Positions 38,641 to 46,495 of a DNA stretch of 64,000 bases are shown here, one piece after another. The DNA comes from Roseibacillus sp. GTDB taxonomy: Bacteria > Verrucomicrobiota > Verrucomicrobiia > Verrucomicrobiales > Akkermansiaceae. Under the pieces are notes generated by a model that did not search any database, was not told the DNA's origin, and saw nothing but the letters and a program-made list of their open reading frames with translations. The DNA is taken from assembly GCA_965242925.1 (NCBI GenBank), contig CBDEUM010000013.1, forward strand, positions 32,001-96,000. The letters are read 5' to 3'. Position numbers and translations under genes: made by a program. The first letter of the stretch is position 1. Each line of letters begins with the position of its first letter.

Positions 38641-39218
38641 ATCCCAAACTGTTGCTGACAGAGTGACATCCATCCATCATGGTGGAGTAGTACCCGCGAT
38701 ACAATTGGAGTGGTTCCGGTTTTCTCCCCGATGGTGTGCATGATGATCTCGGCGGCAATACCGAGCGCGACGGGATTGATCGAAGCGACTCCGATCGCCT
38801 CCGATTCCTCGGCGTAGAGAATGGGAGTCATCAGCCTTCTGCATTCCGTCAGGAGATTCTCATGGAGATCATAGAAAGCGGAGGGCGTGGACATCCTGCT
38901 TGCGAAGGGCACCAACGCCAGCTGCTGGCCCATGGCCTGCGAAAGAGCCCGTCCCAGTTGTTCGACTTCCAGGGGACGGGCATCAGGATCGCCTACGCGC
39001 AGGGCCGTGAGAAACTCAAGAGGATCCCACGGCCTTGGTCCCTGCAGCGGCGCCAAGCCGTGTTCCCGGAGCTGGTGCAGTTCAGCCGGAGTCGCCAGGC
39101 CCTGCTCCTGAAGGAGCTTGGTGGTCTGATCGAGGCAGGTCGGGTCGGTGGCAGTGGGTGCACCTCCGGGAAGAGATGCACTCTCCAGCACAGCCGTATT
39201 TCCAGCCTGGGTTTGCAT
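38637..39218 (-). CDS. Stand-alone GspE/PilB N-terminal-domain-like protein
   Basis: LLQEQGLATPAELHQL (degenerate MshEN-like) and CRRLMTPILY...IGVASINPVAL (T2SSE_N-like); translationally coupled to pilB. Confidence 0.55.
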   Translation of the reverse strand: MQTQAGNTAVLESASLPGGAPTATDPTCLDQTTKLLQEQGLATPAELHQLREHGLAPLQGPRPWDPLEFLTALRVGDPDARPLEVEQLGRALSQAMGQQLALVPFASRMSTPSAFYDLHENLLTECRRLMTPILYAEESEAIGVASINPVALGIAAEIIMHTIGEKTGTTPIVSRVLLHHDGWMSLCQQQFGI

Positions 39219-39224
39219 GTTGGA

Positions 39225-41063
39225 CTAGCGCTTTCGGATGAACTTCAGGCGGCCATGACGAAGCACACTCTTGGCCCGGCCTTCACGGGATTCCCCTAGA
39301 TCTACCTTCAACTCTTCCACCGTGGGACGGTGATCCCGCTGACTGGGCCGCAGATCCTCAAGGGCCCGATTCAGGTCCGGTTCGTGGGCCGGTCCCGGAA
39401 GTGCTGGCTCAATCCAGTCGTGGCCGGGCTTGAGGCTCACATCATCACGGATCGCTCTGCTGGTCGCACCGTTCTCGGCAACACTCCCCGGATTGTAGGA
39501 GGTCGGAGTCACTACAAAAACAAGGCTTGAGGTTTCCTTGACGGCCTCCTTGCTCTTGAAGAAGAAGTTGATGCCGGGGATGTCTCCTAGAAGGGGCACC
39601 TTGTTCTTGTCCTTCGTCTTCACCTGCCCGTAGAAGCCGCCCACCACGAGGGAGTGCCCATCAGGAATGCGGGTGACAGTCTCGATCATGGACTCGGATA
39701 CACGGGGATACCTGTTTCCACTCTGCCCGATGATCTCCCCCACAACCTGAGCCGAACGGGGACGCATCTTCATCCGGATCGTGCCGTCAGGAAGGAGAGT
39801 CGGGGTGACCGCCACCGTCACTCCAATCTCACGGGTAGTAGAGGGATCCCCCACCGGATCCTTTGCGTCCACCGAATAGCGCACCTCTTCCGTGACCTGG
39901 TTACTCACCTCGGTCTCGTTGATAGTCGTGGTAATGATCGGAACACGATCAATGAGAGCGATCGTAGCTTTTTCATTATCCTCCGTGATCAGCGTCGGAT
40001 TGGAGGTCTGGGTTACAAGTCCTCCCTTCTGCAACGCATGGAGAACTCCACCCATTTGAACCGGGGAAAGAACAATCGTGTTGTTGCTGGGAGTATCGCT
40101 CCCACGGAGAACAGATCCTGTTCCGAGGGTTCCGGTGGCGGCGAGGGTATTATCGATGCCGAAGAGGGAATTCAGGCTCGCGATAGTCTCAAGCGGGATT
40201 CCGGTGCTCCCAAGATTGGAGGACCAATCGACTCCCTTGCGCTCGCCGGCACTACTGTTCACGCTGAGGATCTTGATTTCGATGACGACCTGACCCTTGG
40301 CCTTGTCTACCATGGTAAGCAGATTCTTGGCACGCTCCACCTGATGGGCTGCATCAACGATAATGATGGTGTTGGTCTTCGGTTCATAATTGGCGACCCC
40401 GGTAGGTGACAGCAGGGGCTGGATTAATCCCTTGATCTGCTCGATGTCCGTGGGACGTAAATAGCGCAGCTGATAATGCCACTCCGACGCGGGCAACCGG
40501 TTGAGTTGCTCGGCATTCAGCGCATAAACGGTATTCCCCTTGGTGTAGAGTGTCAGGCCATACTGGAATGCCAGTTCCTCCATCTGCTGCAGGGGATCAC
40601 CACCATTGAGGTGGCCGCTGACATTGAAATCGGCACCGGTAATACTGGTGTTGTGGAAATACTGCTTGTTCGCACGCTTGGCCAGCATCTGGAAGATATC
40701 GTTGATTGCGGCATCCCTGATCAGGTATTCACCATTGCTCTCCTCGATCTGCCCGAGATCATCGCCCGGAGCACCGGGTCCTCCATTCTCTCCACTCGGA
40801 GGTGGAGGCGGGGGTGGCAATTCGGAAAGATCACGCCCCGCGGGAAGGGCCGGAGCTCCGATGGGCACCGTCTCACCGGGCGGATTGGCTGGTGGTGGAG
40901 GCGGATCCGCCACACCTGGTGCCGAAGGATCAAACTCGGGAGGGCTTACCACCGGCGGTGACTCATCCTGTTCTTCCGGAAGAACTGGGACTGGAACCTG
41001 CTGCCCATGAACGAGTGCAACGCTCAGCAGCAGCAGAGAAAACAGTAACTTTTTCGGTTTCAT
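39225..41063 (-). CDS. Secretin (PilQ/GspD family)
   Basis: Signal peptide, Pro-rich linker, N3 domain (YQLRYLRP..EPKTNTIII), QVVIEIKIL, NPTLITEDNEKATI, VPLLGDIPGINFFFK. Confidence 0.93.
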   Translation of the reverse strand: MKPKKLLFSLLLLSVALVHGQQVPVPVLPEEQDESPPVVSPPEFDPSAPGVADPPPPPANPPGETVPIGAPALPAGRDLSELPPPPPPPSGENGGPGAPGDDLGQIEESNGEYLIRDAAINDIFQMLAKRANKQYFHNTSITGADFNVSGHLNGGDPLQQMEELAFQYGLTLYTKGNTVYALNAEQLNRLPASEWHYQLRYLRPTDIEQIKGLIQPLLSPTGVANYEPKTNTIIIVDAAHQVERAKNLLTMVDKAKGQVVIEIKILSVNSSAGERKGVDWSSNLGSTGIPLETIASLNSLFGIDNTLAATGTLGTGSVLRGSDTPSNNTIVLSPVQMGGVLHALQKGGLVTQTSNPTLITEDNEKATIALIDRVPIITTTINETEVSNQVTEEVRYSVDAKDPVGDPSTTREIGVTVAVTPTLLPDGTIRMKMRPRSAQVVGEIIGQSGNRYPRVSESMIETVTRIPDGHSLVVGGFYGQVKTKDKNKVPLLGDIPGINFFFKSKEAVKETSSLVFVVTPTSYNPGSVAENGATSRAIRDDVSLKPGHDWIEPALPGPAHEPDLNRALEDLRPSQRDHRPTVEELKVDLGESREGRAKSVLRHGRLKFIRKR

Positions 41064-41092
41064 AACGGTATTCTTGTTAGGGGGTGGATTCC

Positions 41093-41680
41093 TTACGGGG
41101 CGGCAGGGGAGGTATTGGTATCAAGCCGGAGGGGCTCCGCTTCGCCTCGGCTCCTGGAGGTAACGCCCTGCACCCGGACCCGGCCTGCGGCGGCGGTCAC
41201 GCCCTCGGGAAGGACATCGAGGCGGCGAAGAGCGATTTCTCCGGTCCGCAGATTTCTGAAGGTCACCCGGGAGGATCGGACAGCCTCGACCCGGACGGAG
41301 AGGCGCTCACCACCGCGGACGATGGGAAAAACCTGGCCCACCCGGAAGATGCGGGCGCCGACCAGAAACTCCTTCTCCCTCGAATTGATCACGGAAATCT
41401 GGATGCCGTTGATGAATTCGATGAAAGGTGTCTTGCTAATCTTCTTGGCGACATGGTTGTCCACCGGAGTCTTCGCCGGATTCTGATAGAGACCAAATGG
41501 CCCGCGCTCACGGCTGATGATGGAGAGTCGTTTTCTCATTCTTGCGATCCGGTCATCCAGATCTGCAGAAAGAAACCTCGCGGGGGTGCCCCCGGGCACA
41601 GCCGAGGAAACAACTGGAACAGGCTCCCCGGCAGCCAGCAGGGAAGTGGCGAGAGGGAGAATAAGGAGAATCGCTTTCAT
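41093..41680 (-). CDS. PilP-position exported protein
   Basis: Signal peptide, RGPFGL motif and short beta domain; lies between the PilO-like gene and the secretin; ATGA overlap. Confidence 0.6.
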   Translation of the reverse strand: MKAILLILPLATSLLAAGEPVPVVSSAVPGGTPARFLSADLDDRIARMRKRLSIISRERGPFGLYQNPAKTPVDNHVAKKISKTPFIEFINGIQISVINSREKEFLVGARIFRVGQVFPIVRGGERLSVRVEAVRSSRVTFRNLRTGEIALRRLDVLPEGVTAAAGRVRVQGVTSRSRGEAEPLRLDTNTSPAAP

Positions 41681-42216
41681 TTCTTCTGCCATGTGGTGTA
41701 AACGACGTTCGCGTTTAGGACATTCTGGTTGGAGGCCCTGGAGAGTTTGATGCTATCGAGTTGTAGTTGCGGCATTCTTGTCTCCAGTTCGAGGAAGGCG
41801 GTCTGGAGAGCCCGGAAAGTTCCGCGGAAGGAGAAGTGCAGCTGACTGGACGGCTGCTTGCTTGCGCCACCAATGCCCCCCGCCGTGGAGGTTGGACGGA
41901 AGGCCGTCTGCTGGAAATGAGTGGCATCGAATTCATTCTGAAACTCACGGAAGAACGTATTGACGGTGGTGGCGGCAGGCTGCTCGAAAAGAGCCATCCA
42001 GCGATGCATGTGCGGAGCCTGCGACTGAACGTTCTGCTCCAGCACTCCCCGTTCCCTTTCCAGGATCTTGAAGGTCTGGTGGTGATTGCGCCGGGCTTCG
42101 TACGTGTTCTCCATCTTTCCCTGAAAGTGAACTCCCAAGCCCAGACCAATCACGACAAGCAGCACCGGAGCTACCAGGCCGAAGACGATGACGGACTCTT
42201 TGTAATGCGGGTTCAT
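41677..42216 (-). CDS. PilO/GspM-like alignment protein
   Basis: N-terminal TM, coiled coil, ferredoxin-like LHFSFRGTFRALQTAFLELETRMPQLQLDSIKL. Confidence 0.7.
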   Translation of the reverse strand: MNPHYKESVIVFGLVAPVLLVVIGLGLGVHFQGKMENTYEARRNHHQTFKILERERGVLEQNVQSQAPHMHRWMALFEQPAATTVNTFFREFQNEFDATHFQQTAFRPTSTAGGIGGASKQPSSQLHFSFRGTFRALQTAFLELETRMPQLQLDSIKLSRASNQNVLNANVVYTTWQKK

Positions 42217-43961
42217 GGGATGGAAACAATGGGAATGGCAATGGGATCTTCAGCAGTAATACGCTGAGTGATGGTCAGCCTGAAATTTTGGGAAAATCGT
42301 TCTTCCGGTTTCATTCCGCCATCCGGTTTGAAGCGTTTGTTCTCCGAAGTCAGGAGGTTCACCAGAAGAGTGCGGGAGGACAGGTCCGTCCGAAGGGAAT
42401 CGTTGCCAGTATGCTTCCGGACAACCTCAAAGACTTTCCCCATTCCCTCGGTGGTACTGATCACAGTGAGGTGATTCAGGGCCTCCGAGTTAGCGAGCCC
42501 GGTGATGGTCCACTCCTTAATCACGCCCGCCTTCTTGTCCTTTTCGTTAACCACTTCCGGTCGCACCCGGTGAGTGGTTTCAGAGAGAATGACGCTCTCC
42601 GGATCCGGAAAGAGATGGTTTACGAGCTCCATGGATACCCAGGCCTTGGAACGGTCGGCGAGCAGGGAGCTCCATTGCTCATATCGGCGGATCTCCGAAG
42701 CGAGAACCTTGTTGCCTTCGCGGGAGACCTCGCCGGTCTGATTCCAGGCTTCGTCATTGATGATCCTCACGGTCCGAATCCCGGTCCAGGACAGGAAAAG
42801 GACCAGCGCCACGGCACCAATCCGCAGGGCCACTGACCCGTAGCGGAGGATCTTCATCTCGGTTTGAGAGGGACAGAGTTCCACCTCTTCCACGGTGGCC
42901 GGGAGAAAATCCTGGGTCGCCCACTTCTGCTCAGCCATCCCCCGGAAGGTCTCGGAAGCAGCCAATCCTTCCGCCTGATCAGCGATCAGGAGACTGGCAG
43001 GGCCTTGGAACTCAAGCGGCACCTCGGGATCAAACCAGGCGCTCTCACGCCAGTTGAGGGTCACGGCCCCAGGCAGTTCGGGGAGATCAGAATCCGTCTC
43101 CTCGTGGGACAGGGGAAGGATGTAGACCAGTGGCTCGGGCAGTTCGAGTGCAGCGGCCATGGTCTGCATGATCCGCCCCACGTGTGGAGGAGCCCCCCCC
43201 GCATGATGCCGAACGGACCGGAGCATGACGAGATCCCCCTCTGCGGTGAAAAAGGCGATTACGGAGAAGGACGAATAAGAAAACAGGATACTGAACGGCT
43301 CGGAAGGCAACTGGGAAGCTAATTGCGGCAGGGCGGCCAAGGCCACCAGGGGAGCGCTCAGGGCGCAGGTGCGGATGGGAAAGTTAAGGGTTTCGCCAAT
43401 CGTCCGGATCTGGCGAAGGTAGTCATGACACTTGCGGGAAATCGTAATGGCCGAGCCGAATAGTTGGCCTGGCCTGGCACCAGGATAAGGAAAGAGCCGG
43501 AAAGAAAGCTCCTCCGTTGAGATCCTGTGATCCTCCAGGACCTCCTGGGGAGCACTGGTGACCTGATCGCTCAGAGCTCTCAGGTCCTCGGGGCGCTCGT
43601 TGGCGCGAGCGAGCTCCGAGATGGCGAATTCGTCCGCCAGATGGAGGATCACGGCAAGGGAACGCGGCTTCCCGTTGAATTCTCCGCGAATCTCCGAGAG
43701 ATACTCCCTCAGCTCCTCCTCACTTGCCTGCAGGGAAGGCGCGCTCACCCGGACCCAGTTCTTTCTGTCCTCCTTTCCAGAACAAATGCAGGCCTCCGAA
43801 ACTTCCTCGCCTTCGAGGAACAAGTGGAGTTGACACTCCAGCTCAAGAGCATTGCTGTACCAGTCAGGGTTCTTCGAGCGGGTGGTCTCACGGTGGAGAC
43901 CACGGGCCTGAAGGAACCGTTGCCAGGCAGAGAGCTGAGCTGGGTGGATCAGGGTTTCCAT
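42213..43961 (-). CDS. PilM/PilN (GspL-like) fusion protein
   Basis: ~370-aa cytoplasmic domain, single TM (IGAVALVLFLSWTGI), PilN-like periplasmic domain (WVSMELVNHL...WTITGLA); precedes the PilO-like gene. Confidence 0.6.
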   Translation of the reverse strand: METLIHPAQLSAWQRFLQARGLHRETTRSKNPDWYSNALELECQLHLFLEGEEVSEACICSGKEDRKNWVRVSAPSLQASEEELREYLSEIRGEFNGKPRSLAVILHLADEFAISELARANERPEDLRALSDQVTSAPQEVLEDHRISTEELSFRLFPYPGARPGQLFGSAITISRKCHDYLRQIRTIGETLNFPIRTCALSAPLVALAALPQLASQLPSEPFSILFSYSSFSVIAFFTAEGDLVMLRSVRHHAGGAPPHVGRIMQTMAAALELPEPLVYILPLSHEETDSDLPELPGAVTLNWRESAWFDPEVPLEFQGPASLLIADQAEGLAASETFRGMAEQKWATQDFLPATVEEVELCPSQTEMKILRYGSVALRIGAVALVLFLSWTGIRTVRIINDEAWNQTGEVSREGNKVLASEIRRYEQWSSLLADRSKAWVSMELVNHLFPDPESVILSETTHRVRPEVVNEKDKKAGVIKEWTITGLANSEALNHLTVISTTEGMGKVFEVVRKHTGNDSLRTDLSSRTLLVNLLTSENKRFKPDGGMKPEERFSQNFRLTITQRITAEDPIAIPIVSIP

Positions 43962-44042
43962 GGCGGGGAAGATTTCCAGCAATCCTGACGAGTCAGAGGG
44001 ATCGGACCTCGAATGACTCGGTCTGAGAGTCTGGGCACATCA

Positions 44043-44081
44043 CCGGAACCGGCGCCGGGTTTCTCCAGCGCCGATCTCCGG
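44043..44081 (-). other. GC-rich stem-loop directly downstream of the major pilin gene
   Basis: CCGGAGATCGGCGCTGG-AGAAAC-CCGGCGCCGGTTCCGG; pairs best on the minus strand (G-U pairs); no U-tract. Confidence 0.65.
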
Positions 44082-44092
44082 AGATTAACTTC

Positions 44093-44497
44093 TTACCAGT
44101 CGCCGTAATCGGATGGGACGTGCTTCTCCGATCCGGACAGCGAGCAGCTCGCGTAGAGAGCGCCTGATAGCGGGAGCGAGTCGTCCATAAACGCGTATTG
44201 GCCAGTACCGGGGCACTGGGGAACACTTTCCACGAACTTGCCGGGACCGATGATCTCGCTCTTGGCATTGGCAACGATGTCACCAGCACTGTGGCCGTTC
44301 ATGTTCTGGAAGGAACGCATTCCTTGTTGGACGTTACGGATGTTCATGATGCATCCGGCACGGTCAGAACCCCTTTTCCAGGCGCGTGCGCCGACGAAAA
44401 GGATACTGATCAGTGAAAGAAGTACAAGGATCACGACCGTCAACTCAATGAGGGTCATCCCGGACTTCCTGGCTTTTTGGGTGTATGTCAGTGTCAT
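44093..44497 (-). CDS. Probable major type IV pilin
   Basis: RKSG|MTLIELTVVILVLLSLISILFVGA; short globular head with three Cys; downstream stabilising hairpin. Confidence 0.85.
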   Translation of the reverse strand: MTLTYTQKARKSGMTLIELTVVILVLLSLISILFVGARAWKRGSDRAGCIMNIRNVQQGMRSFQNMNGHSAGDIVANAKSEIIGPGKFVESVPQCPGTGQYAFMDDSLPLSGALYASCSLSGSEKHVPSDYGDW

Positions 44498-44565
44498 TGT
44501 TTCTTGTCTGTTTCGGTTGATGATGCGCACAAGGCGCATGTTAGCGAGGCTCCCGAAAACACCGG

Positions 44566-45828
44566 TCAGATTTCATCTTCATCGTTCCGGTTCATTCGAG
44601 CGCTCTCATAAGTCTGGTCATCGATGTCACCGCGCCCGAGCAGGTTGCGCAGACTGTCATCCCACGAGATGTTGCCGGCGCGGCGAATCACATCTTCCAG
44701 CGAATTCGCTCCGGAGGTGTAATTCGCAATCGCACTGGCCACCGCATCATTGTTGTTTTGAAGAAATTCGTAGGTCAGAACCCTCTTCCCGTTCAGGCCC
44801 TTCAGAAGACCCTGGGAGTGAATGAAGATCAGCATCTCGCTCAGGCGGCTGAGAACGGAATGAAACTTCTCATGGGGATACATTTCCAGGATTCGGCCCA
44901 TGGTCTTCACTGCCCCGGTGGTGTGGAGAGTGGAGAGAACCAGGTGACCGGTCTGGGCAGCTTCCAGACAGGTGTCCATGGCATCGCGATCCCGAATTTC
45001 CCCAAGAAGAATGATGTGGGGGGCCTTCCGCAGGACATCCTTGAGGCCCTGGCGGTAGCTGGCCACGTCACGGCCCACTTCCTGTTGAGTGATGATAGTC
45101 GGTGACATGGCCCGATGACCGGGATAGTTGGGATGCTCCATGTCCGCCTGATAGCGATATTCGACCGGATCCTCGATCGTGACAATGTGCTTGGGCGACG
45201 ACTGGCGGAGCCAGTCCATGAGAGAGGCCAACGTGGTCGACTTCCCGGAACCGGTCGGCCCGGTGACCAGGCAAAGGCCGGCCCGCCGAGAGACCGCCTG
45301 CCGCAACGAAGCCGCGGTATCAGGATCGATTCCCAGCACGTCGAGGGGTGGTATCTTATCGCTCAGTATCCGGCAGGTTATGCCCAGCCCCGAAGCAGAA
45401 AGGTGTGCCTGGATCCGCAGCCGCCCTGAAACCCTGCTACCATTGGCAAACTGCACCCCATCGGCCGAAAAATCGTCTACCCGGGTTTCCTGGAAGCGCT
45501 GGAGCGCGCGTGCAATCTTATCATCCGAACGACTGGCGCGATCATTCCCACCAAACCCATGACCGGATTCTTCCTGCCGGCGAACCAGTTCCTTGTAGAT
45601 CTCCAGGAGATCGCGATCGGAAAGGAATCCCAGGAAATCAAGGCATTCCATCCCATGGTTGGTTTCAACGTAGATAGGGCGCTTGGCGCGGAACTGAATA
45701 TCGGAAACACCGCGTCCCTCGCAGGCCTCCAGCGAGACCGCGAGAAGTTCCTCCCCGGACATGCCTGGCTGGAAGACCCGCAATTGCGGAGCCTCCGGCA
45801 GGACCGGCGGTTGCTGGATCGCACTCAT
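44566..45828 (-). CDS. PilT/PilU-family retraction ATPase (divergent)
   Basis: VSDIQF, GPTGSGKSTTL, HIVTIEDPVEY, QQEVGRD, LRKAPHIILLGEIRD, AAQTGHLVLSTLH; no tetra-Cys motif. Confidence 0.88.
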   Translation of the reverse strand: MSAIQQPPVLPEAPQLRVFQPGMSGEELLAVSLEACEGRGVSDIQFRAKRPIYVETNHGMECLDFLGFLSDRDLLEIYKELVRRQEESGHGFGGNDRASRSDDKIARALQRFQETRVDDFSADGVQFANGSRVSGRLRIQAHLSASGLGITCRILSDKIPPLDVLGIDPDTAASLRQAVSRRAGLCLVTGPTGSGKSTTLASLMDWLRQSSPKHIVTIEDPVEYRYQADMEHPNYPGHRAMSPTIITQQEVGRDVASYRQGLKDVLRKAPHIILLGEIRDRDAMDTCLEAAQTGHLVLSTLHTTGAVKTMGRILEMYPHEKFHSVLSRLSEMLIFIHSQGLLKGLNGKRVLTYEFLQNNNDAVASAIANYTSGANSLEDVIRRAGNISWDDSLRNLLGRGDIDDQTYESARMNRNDEDEI

Positions 45829-46432
45829 GGGGAGTTAAAGAGCGACCTGCAACGAGCGGAAACGATCTCCCGGGGATTCCTCGGGATCTGCGCTCCGCCG
45901 TCTGGGTAAGGGTGAGACCAGAGGGACTGCATCAGCTAGTTGTCAGTTCTGTTGAGTATCGCTATATTACTTGCCGTAGGGCCCTCTCCTGCTGGTAGAT
46001 GGCCCCCATGTGATGGGGTGGGCGCCAACCATCTCCAGTCGGTTAAATATGTGGAAATCCTGAGTGGATTTGGTGGTGGTAGTAGTACGAACCCGGTTGA
46101 ACTGATCTGGGACAACCCAAATCACCAGACTGTGGCCCACCCGCATCCCAAAGGAGGCTGATTCCTGCAGTTCCAGATAGTTTGGAGTCACAAATACTCA
46201 TCCGTCACCAATTACTAATTGAAATTAACTAAATATTCAATCTTTTTTATCTTTACCGTGTTAATTACTTTCGGATGCTCCCAATTTTCGATCCCTGCCT
46301 CCACCAGAAAGAGACGTAAGAAATTCATTATAAGAGCATTCCGTGATTTTACGGCTCCAGGTCTGATTTTCCCATACTCTCTAATTTTCTGTGAATTTCA
46401 GACCCCTCCCTGCCTAATCCGGGCACAAGAAC

Positions 46433-46468
46433 AAAAAAAAACCGGCTCTCGCCGAAGGCTAGAGCCGG
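46433..46468 (-). terminator. Intrinsic terminator of ppdK
   Basis: CCGGCTCT/AGAGCCGG stem followed by a 9-T run on the minus strand. Confidence 0.85.
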
Positions 46469-46495
46469 AAATAGAGTGTTTTCGACCAACTGGGG

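Noticed and set aside
37108..38658. Long antisense ORFs, here and opposite ppdK, rnr, groEL and dnaK
   Set aside because: These are typical shadow ORFs of high-GC coding sequence, with no recognisable motifs.
45959..45977. Sigma54 promoter for the pilus operon
   Set aside because: GG-to-GC spacing is off by one and the match to TGGCAC is poor.
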